From positions 37,644 to 101,643 of IMG/VR virus record IMGVR_UViG_3300036944_000513: 64,000 bases of DNA. One strand, 5' to 3'. A model generated the notes under the pieces. It was not told the origin of the DNA, did not search any database, and saw only the letters and a list, made by a program, of their open reading frames with translations. The first letter of the stretch is position 1. Each line of letters begins with the position of its first letter. This stretch comes from a virus (taxonomy: Duplodnaviria > Heunggongvirae > Uroviricota > Caudoviricetes). A program made the translations under genes and the position numbers. Shown piece by piece: positions 44,775 to 54,619 of the stretch.

Positions 44775-44783
44775 AATAAAATC

Positions 44784-45038
44784 TTATTGGTTAATAAATT
44801 CCATAAATGCAGTTTTAGTCATTCCACCAATCTTACGATGAGTCTCGACTCCATTTTCATCAAGTAAAACCAATGCAGGAATACTTCTGATATTGAATTT
44901 ATTTGCCATTTCAGTATTTTCGTCAATGTCAATATTTTCAAGTTCTACTGGCAACTCTTGAGAAATTCCGGCAATAGTATCTGACAACATTTTACATGGT
45001 TGGCACCATGTTGCATGGAACTTTAAAACTTTTTTCAT
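44784..45038 (-). CDS. thioredoxin-like protein
   Basis: WCQPCK active site; in-frame ATG with an ATGA overlap to the upstream gene. Confidence 0.65.
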   Translation of the reverse strand: MKKVLKFHATWCQPCKMLSDTIAGISQELPVELENIDIDENTEMANKFNIRSIPALVLLDENGVETHRKIGGMTKTAFMEFINQ

Positions 45039-45481
45039 ATCTTTTCCTCTATAATTTTTACATAATCGCTGCAAATAGCATAGCAATTGGTGGGTAACTT
45101 TTTAAATTCTGGATCATTCCATTCGGGTAAAACTGCAATGCTTTTTTGTGTCAACTCTTTATTTGGATATGCCCATATCCATTTATGGCTGGTTATAACA
45201 TAATCGTCATTTTGATGCCAAAAATAATTGTAGGAAGTATCGGTTAGCCAACGTAATGCGCCCAAGTTTTTTGCATGTATCCAAAATCCAATATCGTTTA
45301 AAAACTCCATTGATATTGGATATGTTGGTTCATCATGCCCCAAATAAAGTTCGGAGTGTATTACCCATAAATCTATTTCACAATCAAACCCAAGTTTTCT
45401 TGCTAACAAAATTTGTGCTGGGCTATTTTCTATGGCGGGATTTGGGCCATCAATTAAGCCACGATGGGCAATCAATTTCAT
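45035..45481 (-). CDS. glycerophosphodiester phosphodiesterase-like (GDPD) protein
   Basis: N-terminal IAHRG...EN...E.D..., characteristic of GP-PDE. Confidence 0.5.
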   Translation of the reverse strand: MKLIAHRGLIDGPNPAIENSPAQILLARKLGFDCEIDLWVIHSELYLGHDEPTYPISMEFLNDIGFWIHAKNLGALRWLTDTSYNYFWHQNDDYVITSHKWIWAYPNKELTQKSIAVLPEWNDPEFKKLPTNCYAICSDYVKIIEEKI

Positions 45482-46845
45482 TTTGTATTATTTAAGAAAT
45501 AATTCAAATCCTCTGGAGTACCAATTCCCCACATATTTTCAATTTCTTTGATTCTAATCTTTTTATTATCTTCAATTGCTTCATTGAAAACTGGACACAC
45601 ATAAAATTCATTGTTGACCCGAATATTTTTCTCGATCATTTTTTCCGCATATTTTACATAATCCGAGCCCTTAGACCAATAATATACCCCAACGGTTGCA
45701 TTATCGGAGATTGGTTTTTTCTCTGCAACTTCTGCGACAAACCCATCATCGCCAAGTCTTGCATAACTCCATTTTGGATGAGTGGATTTAAATGTTAACA
45801 TACCAGCATCTATTCCATCTGCTTTAAATGCATACATTACATTGTTGCTGTTCCATTCAATATACTGGTCACTGTTTGCAATGACAAGTGGATCATCGTT
45901 ATCAATCAAATCCTTTGCCAACAAAGTAGTACACGCTGCACCCTCAGTTATCCCATCCAATTGAACAATTTTACAATTTGGAGCAATTAGATTAAGCAAA
46001 TATTGCAAATTATACTTTTCATAATGTGATTTTTGAACTAAGAAAATATAGTTTGCTTGGATATTGAGATTCTCAACAACCACCTGAATCATCGGCTTAC
46101 CTCTAACATCAATTAAAGGCTTTGGAAATGTGTAGCCCTGAGTCTGGAATCTAGAGCCAGCCCCCGCCATAGGAATTAGCACATTTAACTTACTATCTTT
46201 CCATGGAATGGAAGTATTAACAGAATTTTTCATATCATTTATTTTATTAAATATTTTCTCAAATGTAACATCATGGCTATTTTCAACTGCCAATAAATTA
46301 GCGCCGCTATTTAATGCGCCTTCTCTTCCAATGTGACTATCTTCTACGATAATAGTATCTTTGGGCAATACATGCAATGCAGTCATACATTTCCAGTACA
46401 TTTCTGGATATGGTTTTGGGTGTTTAACGTCCTGATTACTTACAAAATAATCAACATACTCAATTACACCAATTTTTAGTAAACTTAATTTTACTGTTTC
46501 TCTGATGCTATTACTTGCAACGGCAATTAAATATCCGGCACTTTTAGCATACTTAAATATATCAATTAATTTTTTATCTATTGGAAAATTAGAAATCAAT
46601 TCCAATGTTGCAGATTGCTTCATTTCCCAAATTAAATTGTGGGAAGAGCTTGGCAATCCTTTTAACTTTGTTAAAATTTCTAATTTTTTAGTAGTATTTA
46701 ATCCATCATATGTAGAAAGATGTTCTTCTCTAGTAATTATATACTTCTCATCAATTTTAGCCAATGACATATTGAGTGTTTGGTAATGTAATTCTCTGCT
46801 TTCGATTAGAACTCCATCCAAATCAAATATTATAAGTTTATTCAT
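45478..46845 (-). CDS. bifunctional HAD-family phosphatase / sugar-phosphate nucleotidyltransferase
   Basis: N-terminal FDLDGVLIES (HAD motif I, beta-PGM-like); C-terminal LIPMAGAGSRF...PKPLIDVRGKPMI (NTP-transferase G-x-G-x-R motif). Confidence 0.6.
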   Translation of the reverse strand: MNKLIIFDLDGVLIESRELHYQTLNMSLAKIDEKYIITREEHLSTYDGLNTTKKLEILTKLKGLPSSSHNLIWEMKQSATLELISNFPIDKKLIDIFKYAKSAGYLIAVASNSIRETVKLSLLKIGVIEYVDYFVSNQDVKHPKPYPEMYWKCMTALHVLPKDTIIVEDSHIGREGALNSGANLLAVENSHDVTFEKIFNKINDMKNSVNTSIPWKDSKLNVLIPMAGAGSRFQTQGYTFPKPLIDVRGKPMIQVVVENLNIQANYIFLVQKSHYEKYNLQYLLNLIAPNCKIVQLDGITEGAACTTLLAKDLIDNDDPLVIANSDQYIEWNSNNVMYAFKADGIDAGMLTFKSTHPKWSYARLGDDGFVAEVAEKKPISDNATVGVYYWSKGSDYVKYAEKMIEKNIRVNNEFYVCPVFNEAIEDNKKIRIKEIENMWGIGTPEDLNYFLNNTK

Positions 46846-46851
46846 AATTAA

Positions 46852-47595
46852 TTATCTATGTAATGCCAATAGACGCATAGGATATCCAATAATATTATCG
46901 GTAGCGAATCTTTTAGCAAAAGTTGCAAATTTATATTTCTCTGGAATTGGGTCATCAATATCTTTATAAACATGATTTACATCATCAAACATATTGCTAG
47001 TCCATTCAAGGTATTTAGGATTAAATACTAATAGATTATCATCAAATGTTTTTCCATCAAAATCTACTCGTTGAGTATATAATTTATTCGGGTCAATTGT
47101 ATTTAAATTGGGAAGATCCCAAATCTGTGAATCATATCGTGTCATAACAACCGCATCATATTTAACCGAATTTTCAATTGAATATTTTTCAACTAGTTTT
47201 GATGCCTGCGAAATAGAATATAGTTGAGATAAAACATTACTATGATTAACTGTCCCAGCAGTCCACCACAAAGTTTTTGTTAAATTTTCATCGTGATATT
47301 TTTTAATCTCAGTATCATATTCAAATATTCTAGGCGGTTCAATCGTTAATATTTTAGGACGAAATACACTATTCAATACTAAAATTGAATCAGATAATTC
47401 GACTGGAACTTTTGAAATCTGTGACCAAGTAGAATTGACATATGTTTTATTCTTTCCAGACCACCATACATGCCCAAACACATCAGTATTATATTTTGAT
47501 AATATCTCATGATGCAATGTATTAACTACACTCCCATATTCAGGAGTATTGCTAACATGTCTAGCTTGCCCATAAAATAGTAGAGCAACTCTCAT
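46852..47595 (-). CDS. hypothetical protein (associated with the sugar locus)
   Basis: 247-aa ORF. Confidence 0.45.
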   Translation of the reverse strand: MRVALLFYGQARHVSNTPEYGSVVNTLHHEILSKYNTDVFGHVWWSGKNKTYVNSTWSQISKVPVELSDSILVLNSVFRPKILTIEPPRIFEYDTEIKKYHDENLTKTLWWTAGTVNHSNVLSQLYSISQASKLVEKYSIENSVKYDAVVMTRYDSQIWDLPNLNTIDPNKLYTQRVDFDGKTFDDNLLVFNPKYLEWTSNMFDDVNHVYKDIDDPIPEKYKFATFAKRFATDNIIGYPMRLLALHR

Positions 47596-47598
47596 ATG

Positions 47599-47892
47599 TT
47601 AGAGTTTACCGCCAACGATCTGAATGCCAGAACCAAAAATTCCGTTATATTGATTGTAAATTTCTTCGATGATATCGCCTTGCCAAATCACATGATTGGC
47701 TGAGATTTCAATTGAGTGGTCTTTGGTATATGGGCCATATGGAACCATTCCCATTGCTTGCTGTCCCGGCTGATCGCGGGATGGTACATATGCTAATGCG
47801 ACTGGCTTATCAATTCGCATTCTGTTATCTGGCAATGGAGTAACATCACCGATAATTTCTTCGCCGCTAATCAATTTAGTAATTTTAATCAT
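47599..47892 (-). CDS. hypothetical protein
   Basis: 97-aa ORF. Confidence 0.45.
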   Translation of the reverse strand: MIKITKLISGEEIIGDVTPLPDNRMRIDKPVALAYVPSRDQPGQQAMGMVPYGPYTKDHSIEISANHVIWQGDIIEEIYNQYNGIFGSGIQIVGGKL

Positions 47893-48101
47893 TTCATCAA
47901 TTCCTCTAATAATTCAAACGCTACATCTTCATTGTAGCACATTTTAAACATAATAATATTGCTATTACTATCTACGCATAACACTAATACTTGATCGCCA
48001 TAGGTGCTAACTTTTAAAATCCGAGAGCCATATCTAATAGCCCTCAGATCACAAAATTCTATGTGCTCACGCGCATTAGTCTTTTTTGGATACAAATCCA
48101 T
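47889..48101 (-). CDS. hypothetical protein
   Basis: 70-aa ORF. Confidence 0.4.
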   Translation of the reverse strand: MDLYPKKTNAREHIEFCDLRAIRYGSRILKVSTYGDQVLVLCVDSNSNIIMFKMCYNEDVAFELLEELMK

Positions 48102-48312
48102 ACATTTCTGTGGCTTTTTTAGTCAACTCATCAATTGAATATTGTGCTGGCGTAAAATCTTTCCATGTTTCAGCGGTGACTTTTCCGGCACTCAATGCAA
48201 CATCATATGCACGTTGTGCAAATTGCATATTGATTTCTTGTTGACGATCCATATAATCTTTAGCCATTGCCAAGATATCGGTACGAATTTCGAATGGGTT
48301 TTTATTTGACAT
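48076..48312 (-). CDS. hypothetical protein
   Basis: 78-aa ORF. Confidence 0.4.
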   Translation of the reverse strand: MSNKNPFEIRTDILAMAKDYMDRQQEINMQFAQRAYDVALSAGKVTAETWKDFTPAQYSIDELTKKATEMYGFVSKKD

Positions 48313-48555
48313 ATTTTTCCTTGTGTAGTGTGTTGTGATTATAGACCAAATTGTCTATTATGTCGATTCTTTTCATATTGATTTATCCAATATTCCACTT
48401 CATGAGTGGTAGTTGGATGCTTACTCGCAATGTATAGCTCAAGGTTATACTGTGAGTTCTGGTCTGGAAATATTTTATTGAATAATTCCGATAGATATTT
48501 TAACATGGTAATGTTTCTTTCTGTGATGTGTGTGTGATGTGTACGACATAGATAT

Positions 48556-49023
48556 TTATGCCTTAGTGGATTCAGTCAACAACTGTTTTTTAGATGTTGG
48601 CTTATAGTCACTAACTCCAATAGAAATTTTGCGTGGCTTCTTTTCTTCTGGTATAATCTTCTCGACATTGATTACGAGAATACCATTAGTCAATTCAGCA
48701 CTATTCACGACTACATGTTCTGCTAGTCTGAATGAACGCGAAAATTTGCGGGAAGAAATCCCTCTATGGGCATATGTTCTAGTATCTTCTTTTTCACCTG
48801 ATACAACCAAAGAATCATTTTCAACCTGAATGGTTAAATCTGATTCGGCAAATCCAGCAACAGCTAATTCAATAGCAAATTGGTTTTCACCAAGTTCTAT
48901 GATATTGTGTGGGGGATATGTTTCTTTTGCTGCGGTTGCAGATGATATTCGTTCAATTTCTTGGAACAATTGTTCAAAGCCGACGAATGAAGAACGTGGA
49001 ACGTAAAAATGATCTCTAGTCAT
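48556..49023 (-). CDS. small heat-shock protein (Hsp20/alpha-crystallin family)
   Basis: Alpha-crystallin-domain pattern FAIELAVAGF...L.I..........V.GE; 155 aa. Confidence 0.65.
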   Translation of the reverse strand: MTRDHFYVPRSSFVGFEQLFQEIERISSATAAKETYPPHNIIELGENQFAIELAVAGFAESDLTIQVENDSLVVSGEKEDTRTYAHRGISSRKFSRSFRLAEHVVVNSAELTNGILVINVEKIIPEEKKPRKISIGVSDYKPTSKKQLLTESTKA

Positions 49024-49120
49024 GAGAATCTCCTTAAAAGCAAGATTAAAAATGCCACCCCGAAGGCATGGCGGTAAATTCCAGCTTACTGTATACTGGG
49101 ATAGATATAAATTATACCCA

Positions 49121-49723
49121 TCAGATATGCTGAATTGTTCTTTTCAGCATTTTATTTATATTGACATAATCATCAATATAAAGATTTTTTCTCTGCGTAT
49201 TATTTACGCCTTCATCTAAATTAACTAACCAACCACCAAATGATACTAATCCAAATATATCAATGAGTTTTGATTCTAGACATAATGCTTCTTTTTCGGT
49301 AAGAGATGTTTTTAATATTTTTATTTGAATCTCTTTGCCGGATTTTTCTATCATTTGTCGCTTTTTACGATGACCATCATTGCGATTTATATTGTATGCC
49401 CGATCACCTTCGCCTTTACCGACATAAAATGGCAAATGCTCTATTCCCAATGTTGAAGCAAATGCAATTTTACCATTGGCATCTGCTTTCAATTTAAAAA
49501 ATGGATCGCAATGAACATAAACATAAAATTTTCTTTCATCAGACGATTCAATATCATTATAAAGATGAGCTATATCATATTCATGGATATAATTACATGA
49601 ATCAAAAACAGATGAATGCATTTTTTTCTGCACTTTATCTACTACTATTAATTGATTTAGCCGTCGATCTATTTTAGATCGCAGCGCCTTTAAATGTTCT
49701 ATCGAATCCCAATCTATATGCAT
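49121..49723 (-). CDS. GIY-YIG homing endonuclease (free-standing)
   Basis: FYVYVHCDP...PFYVGKGEGDR is a GIY-YIG signature; conserved E and N residues occur downstream. Confidence 0.6.
   Translation of the reverse strand: MHIDWDSIEHLKALRSKIDRRLNQLIVVDKVQKKMHSSVFDSCNYIHEYDIAHLYNDIESSDERKFYVYVHCDPFFKLKADANGKIAFASTLGIEHLPFYVGKGEGDRAYNINRNDGHRKKRQMIEKSGKEIQIKILKTSLTEKEALCLESKLIDIFGLVSFGGWLVNLDEGVNNTQRKNLYIDDYVNINKMLKRTIQHI
49153..49160 (-). promoter_or_regulatory. T4-type late promoter box TATAAATA (minus strand)
   Basis: Exact box about 130 nt upstream of the sHSP start, embedded in the 3' end of the endonuclease gene. Confidence 0.35.
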
Positions 49724-49985
49724 ACAGCTTCCTTTAAGAAACCGGTTACAAATCCGGTGATGCCTTATCGGAGCATCTGCTCGATTTTCCCGCTATATGT
49801 TAATCAAGTGGCGTTGATATTTTTTTACGTTACATATAGTACAACGGACGCCTGAAATTGCCATTGCTGGCAGCTTCTAACCGTTAGCATCAAACGGCCC
49901 CAAGGTAGGGTGAATCGGCACCGCTGGATAATTTTACTAGCCTTCAACGGTATGCTAGTTCCCATCCCTGAGAATATTTAACTAT

Positions 49986-50273
49986 TTAGCAATTCCACTT
50001 TTTCAGTGCCAATGCTTTGCGGGTCGGTTTCCCGTTTTCATCCTTCATTGGCCCATCTACGCCACTCATACGGGCACAAAAGGATTTACGGCGATTATAT
50101 GCCTTACTTCCTTTTTTCAACTCCGACGGCGGTGTAGTAACTGCCATTTTTAAATTTCCACCAGTTTCTCTATTATAAGCATCAACGCCTTTTTGCGTCA
50201 ACCCACCCTCAGAGGACTTATGCCCCTTAGAGTCGATTGCATATTCTGTAATGAATTCTTTAAAACTTTGCAT
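49986..50273 (-). CDS. hypothetical basic protein
   Basis: 95-aa ORF between regA and the endonuclease. Confidence 0.45.
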   Translation of the reverse strand: MQSFKEFITEYAIDSKGHKSSEGGLTQKGVDAYNRETGGNLKMAVTTPPSELKKGSKAYNRRKSFCARMSGVDGPMKDENGKPTRKALALKKWNC

Positions 50274-50283
50274 AGTGGATTAT

Positions 50284-50721
50284 TTATACTGAATCTTGTT
50301 TCTTTTTACCAATATTATATTTAGTTTCAAGTGTCCAATCATATTTTTCTTTGAAAGAAATAACTTTGATCTGGGATAATGGAGCAGTATCTTCAAAATC
50401 CTTTGCATCAATAATGGTGATTAATCCCCAATCAACGAGCAATTTTGCAATTGTATTTCTACGTTGAATGTCATTCTCAGCCAAATCAGCAACTTTTCCA
50501 TCAAGCGCAAAAAGTTCTTTAAAGTGAACAATAAAGTAGCGACCTTGTTTATGTAAAATATGGCAAGACTGAAATAAAGTCTTATCCTTACGAGAAGCTA
50601 CACCAATTCTAGTAAGCGTTTCACGCACCTTTAAGAAATCATCTGGTTCTTTTAATACTATTTCCAACGGCTTATAGCCGGGGAAATTAATGTGAAATAC
50701 ATCATCTGCCATTACGTCCAC
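50284..50721 (-). CDS. regA: RegA translational repressor
   Basis: LKEPDDFLKVRETLTRIGVASRKDKTLFQSCHILHKQGRYFIVHFKE aligns closely with T4 RegA. Confidence 0.9.
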   Translation of the reverse strand: MDVMADDVFHINFPGYKPLEIVLKEPDDFLKVRETLTRIGVASRKDKTLFQSCHILHKQGRYFIVHFKELFALDGKVADLAENDIQRRNTIAKLLVDWGLITIIDAKDFEDTAPLSQIKVISFKEKYDWTLETKYNIGKKKQDSV

Positions 50722-51151
50722 CCTTTATTGTTTTTATTCTCAAATTATCTAATTCTTGGTCATTGAATAATGGCAAAATTTGGCGAGCTTTTTCAGTGCT
50801 ATAACCATAATATTCCTTTATCACATCAATTCCATCTAGTTTTTCAGCCTTGATCCATTTGTTGAATCTTTTCTTAGCTCTCAAACTATTTATAAGAAAT
50901 AGAAATTTGAATTTATTATCAATATGGGGACGAGAATTCATCTCATTTGCATAAATTACAGTGTCATTTCCAAACGACAATCCTCGATTAACCAAGTAAG
51001 AATTGTACTGTTTTTCTGACCAGTCATCTACAATTAAGTTTTCCTTTGTAAAATGGATTGCATTAATGAAATCAAATGGGCTGATTGCTACTTCTTTTAC
51101 CTTTTCTACGGTATATTCTTTAACGGGCAATTCCCCAAATAAGGTATTCAT
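50702..51151 (-). CDS. 62: clamp-loader small subunit gp62
   Basis: Position between gene 44 and regA; RAKKRFNKWIK...LRIKTIKGG aligns with T4 gp62 PRGKRYGKWAK...LVLKELKG. Confidence 0.75.
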   Translation of the reverse strand: MNTLFGELPVKEYTVEKVKEVAISPFDFINAIHFTKENLIVDDWSEKQYNSYLVNRGLSFGNDTVIYANEMNSRPHIDNKFKFLFLINSLRAKKRFNKWIKAEKLDGIDVIKEYYGYSTEKARQILPLFNDQELDNLRIKTIKGGRNGR

Positions 51152-52092
51152 TTTTTAAACGAGCATCTAGCCATAATTTCAGTTAAACATGCGACCAAGT
51201 TAATTTCTTGATCTGATACGAATGCACTTTTATATGAGTAATCTGCCAGTATAAGAATTAGCTGTGGAATCTCTGCGACTTCTGTTGTGAGGGTATCATA
51301 CAACTTTCTAAAAATTGCGGATGGCTCACTGTCGATATTATTAACTACCCACCCACGCATCTTTTTCCAGTCCTTTTCCCGCAGAGAAGCAATCAATTCA
51401 TTGATATTTGTATCTGCCATATTAACAAGGATTCCCTCATCAATAACGCCAGATGAAGAATATCGTTGCAACTCATTAAGAATTCGACGATAATCTGGGA
51501 AATGCTTCTCAACGACCTTCGCAACTACCTTTTGGTCAAATTGAATTCCTTGGTGAGTTAGAATGCCACATGCACGTTTAAAGAATTGACCGGCAATCTT
51601 TGGCTTATCTTCTTTTAGTAATTTAAACTCAATTACTGCACAGCGAGAATGCAATGCAGGAATGATTCTGTGTTTGTAATTACAAGTTAAAATAAAGCGG
51701 CAGTTTGACGAGAATTCTTCAATAAATGCACGTAGTGCTGGCTGAAATGAATTGGGATTCAGATAGTCAGCTTCATCTAAAATTACGACCTTTGGATTTC
51801 CACTGAATGATACAGTGGATGCAAACTGCTTAATTTTTGTACGTAGAACATCAATGCCAGATTCCTCTGATCCATTGATAATCATGTAGTCAGTATTCAA
51901 TTCTTCACATAATGCACGAGCAACAGTGGTTTTACCCATTCCTGCACCGCCACACAAGAGCATATTCTGAATCTCGCCCTTCTCCAGCATTTCCTTAAAG
52001 ATATGCTTTTGATCTGCTGGCAAAACGCAGTCATCAATTGTGCGTGGACGAAATTTCTCTACCCACAAAAACTCTTCTTCACGAATATCCAT
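51148..52092 (-). CDS. 44: clamp-loader ATPase gp44 (RFC-like AAA+)
   Basis: GGAGMGKTT Walker A; DEAD-like VVILDEAD; SRC-like motif; conserved gene order. Confidence 0.9.
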   Translation of the reverse strand: MDIREEEFLWVEKFRPRTIDDCVLPADQKHIFKEMLEKGEIQNMLLCGGAGMGKTTVARALCEELNTDYMIINGSEESGIDVLRTKIKQFASTVSFSGNPKVVILDEADYLNPNSFQPALRAFIEEFSSNCRFILTCNYKHRIIPALHSRCAVIEFKLLKEDKPKIAGQFFKRACGILTHQGIQFDQKVVAKVVEKHFPDYRRILNELQRYSSSGVIDEGILVNMADTNINELIASLREKDWKKMRGWVVNNIDSEPSAIFRKLYDTLTTEVAEIPQLILILADYSYKSAFVSDQEINLVACLTEIMARCSFKK

Positions 52093-52110
52093 AATAATAT
52101 AATTTCCAAA

Positions 52111-52767
52111 TTAGATTGAAGAATCGGGTTCCATCGCAATAAAGTATTCAAGTTCCTTTGCAGAATTTTTAAAGTGCAGTAGTTTCTTTTTGGATACAGT
52201 CACAGTATATGCACCGGGAATAATCTTAAAGTTCTCAACTGCAACATGGCACTCAAAGTCGTTTTCTGCATCGCCAATAGTTTTGCGATATGTATTTGCA
52301 GTGTCGTTCTTTTTGTCGCCAACAACCAATACAACTTTTTCATCGCTGGACACGATGGAAATTGTTGGTGCTGCTGTAATTGCAGCCGCTTTCATAAGCA
52401 TATTAACTTCTTCTGCCGACAACTTAAATTCAAAGTAAGAATCCAATTCAATGGTCTTATCTGGTGCAGCAACAATAACATTCAAGTTAGAGTAGAAATA
52501 TTCAAATTTGCCATTATCTTTGGAGATAGTCAATGATTTTGCACCGAAGTCTACGTTTTGATTTTCCATCAATGTAAGCAAAGCAAGCAATGAATTAAGA
52601 TCATAGATTGCGACTTCCATTGGAAAATCTTCTGCAACAGTTGCTTTAGCAAAGATGTTTTTAGCAGTGCTAATTGTGGAAAGGGATTTGCCCTTACGGA
52701 TAAGAATGTTACCATTGATGGAGGCAAAATTCTTTAGGATTTGGATTGTTTCAGTGCTGATTTGCAT
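52111..52767 (-). CDS. 45: sliding clamp gp45
   Basis: Size (218 aa), position and the N-terminal MQISTETIQILKNFASING resemble T4 gp45. Confidence 0.8.
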   Translation of the reverse strand: MQISTETIQILKNFASINGNILIRKGKSLSTISTAKNIFAKATVAEDFPMEVAIYDLNSLLALLTLMENQNVDFGAKSLTISKDNGKFEYFYSNLNVIVAAPDKTIELDSYFEFKLSAEEVNMLMKAAAITAAPTISIVSSDEKVVLVVGDKKNDTANTYRKTIGDAENDFECHVAVENFKIIPGAYTVTVSKKKLLHFKNSAKELEYFIAMEPDSSI

Positions 52768-52783
52768 AATATAATTCTCTTAG

Positions 52784-53083
52784 TTAAACGGGGTGATAGT
52801 CTACGGTTTTTGTTTTGTGCTCTTCATCATGAACATGCAATAGCATGATTGCATAGTGTAACACCTTTAAAATGTCTTTTCTATTTGCACCTTCTTTTTT
52901 ACCATATCTTTGTGCATATTTCATGACATTACCAACAGTAAATCCAACTCCATGCCCAGAGTCAATGATAAACTCCGTTGCTTGAAATTTATCCTGTGAG
53001 TAATGTTCGCCATATGTTTTATCAATATATTCAGTCAATTCTTTGAGTAATTTGTCCTCATTGTATTTGTATTTTATAGCCAT
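52784..53083 (-). CDS. DUF3310-family phage protein
   Basis: GFTVGNVMKYAQRYGKKEG matches the DUF3310 signature. Confidence 0.5.
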   Translation of the reverse strand: MAIKYKYNEDKLLKELTEYIDKTYGEHYSQDKFQATEFIIDSGHGVGFTVGNVMKYAQRYGKKEGANRKDILKVLHYAIMLLHVHDEEHKTKTVDYHPV

Positions 53084-53096
53084 AATAAAAGTTCTT

Positions 53097-53792
53097 TCAA
53101 GTATTTAAAAGCGATTGGCATTTTTCATAAAAACGCTTTTGATTTCCGGGCATTCTGATTTGGAAATTATGATAAGACATTTCTCCAATAGAATCATTGC
53201 CATACGTTGTTCCAATGCCATATACTGGCATGCCATCGGCTAGGGGCCAATTGGGAGCTTCTCTGGGAGCAGCTTCAAATTTGATGGGCATAAACAACTC
53301 AATAGGTATATTACACTCTTCTGCCTTAAAAGTCAATTCTTCTGCCATATCTCCGCGATAAGTTTCTCTAAAAGATGGGCGACCAATTTTATTATAAGTT
53401 TCCATACTAAATGCAATCAAACTTGGAGCAGCAAATACGTGTTGATTATTTTGAATATGATTTGATCGTTGAGCATTACCAATTAAAATTCCTGATGCAG
53501 ATTGGGTGGCGAGGTAATCCAATGTTTTATCGGACAATGGAACACAATCAATATCAAGAATGATAATATTATCATATCCCATATCGTCTCTGGAATCATT
53601 AAGTTTAATAAATTCATCTACTCCATCTCCATTGTTATCAACCGTGGGCATTGGGCATTGCACCCGAATATGTGGAAATTTAGATACATTAAATTTTTCA
53701 ACCACCTGTCGTTGAGCCTCAACTGTTGCCTCATGAATGTTTGGCATAAAAAATGATACGATGCAAGTTCTCATGTGTTTTCTTCTTTCCAT
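53097..53792 (-). CDS. putative GT-A-fold glycosyltransferase (DxD motif)
   Basis: IIILDIDCVP is DxD-like; 231 aa. The start may instead be the second ATG, at 53774. Confidence 0.4.
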   Translation of the reverse strand: MERRKHMRTCIVSFFMPNIHEATVEAQRQVVEKFNVSKFPHIRVQCPMPTVDNNGDGVDEFIKLNDSRDDMGYDNIIILDIDCVPLSDKTLDYLATQSASGILIGNAQRSNHIQNNQHVFAAPSLIAFSMETYNKIGRPSFRETYRGDMAEELTFKAEECNIPIELFMPIKFEAAPREAPNWPLADGMPVYGIGTTYGNDSIGEMSYHNFQIRMPGNQKRFYEKCQSLLNT

Positions 53793-54619
53793 TGTTTAAT
53801 GTGTTCAATAACGTCAATTTTTGGGTTCCAGTTAGGAACATTATTCTTTGTACAAATTGTATCTTGCAACTCATACTTTCTATCCTCGATAAGCTGCAAT
53901 GGATGGGTAAATGCTCTAGCCAATTCCATAATAGATACATTTTTACCGGTTCCAAGATGATATGCATCTTCATAATCAGTAACATTAACTAAAATGTTCA
54001 ATGCGTCAACTGTATCTTCGACTGAGGTAAAATCGCGTTTACGAGTACCATCGCCAACAATTGTAAGTGGCTTATTTTCCAATACTAGCTGCTTGAATTT
54101 TCTAATGACGGTGGTATGTTCTCCGAGATCTTTTTCTCTCATTGAACCATATACGTTGTAGAATTTAACCAGACTATTTTGAATTTTGAATACTGTGCGA
54201 TAGAATTCTAATAGATAATCACACATATATTTTGAGAACGTATATGGATTATTGAATCTATCGGTAAATTCGGTAGTAGAAGATGACGCAAAGAATAAAT
54301 GACCTGAGCCAGTACGTCTAATATATTCACATAATGCAACAGTGCTGTTGTAATTATTTAATAGAGTTTCCTCTGTATATTCAAACGATCTAACAATTCT
54401 GGCACAGTTTGCAAGATGAAAAATCTTATCATACTTATAATCAAACTTGTGGCAAAACTCATCAACGCCCATTACAAAGGTTATGGCTTTATCATTTCTA
54501 TTTTCGAGTTTACCTGTGCTAATATTATCGACTACATGAACTTCATGTCCGCCATCAATAAATTTATCAACAAGATGACTTCCAACAAAGCCAAGCCCAC
54601 CTGTCACTAAAATTTTCAT
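53771..54619 (-). CDS. NAD-dependent sugar epimerase/dehydratase (SDR extended family)
   Basis: MKILVTGGLGFVGSHLV (GxxGxxG) and a YxxxK motif (YTFSK). Confidence 0.7.
   Translation of the reverse strand: MKILVTGGLGFVGSHLVDKFIDGGHEVHVVDNISTGKLENRNDKAITFVMGVDEFCHKFDYKYDKIFHLANCARIVRSFEYTEETLLNNYNSTVALCEYIRRTGSGHLFFASSSTTEFTDRFNNPYTFSKYMCDYLLEFYRTVFKIQNSLVKFYNVYGSMREKDLGEHTTVIRKFKQLVLENKPLTIVGDGTRKRDFTSVEDTVDALNILVNVTDYEDAYHLGTGKNVSIMELARAFTHPLQLIEDRKYELQDTICTKNNVPNWNPKIDVIEHIKQWKEENT

Noticed and set aside
49724-49985. Possible tRNA or group I intron in the non-coding region next to the GIY-YIG endonuclease
   Set aside because: No cloverleaf with a TPsiC-like arm could be drawn, and no interrupted host gene flanks it. 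It is left as an unassigned structured region.
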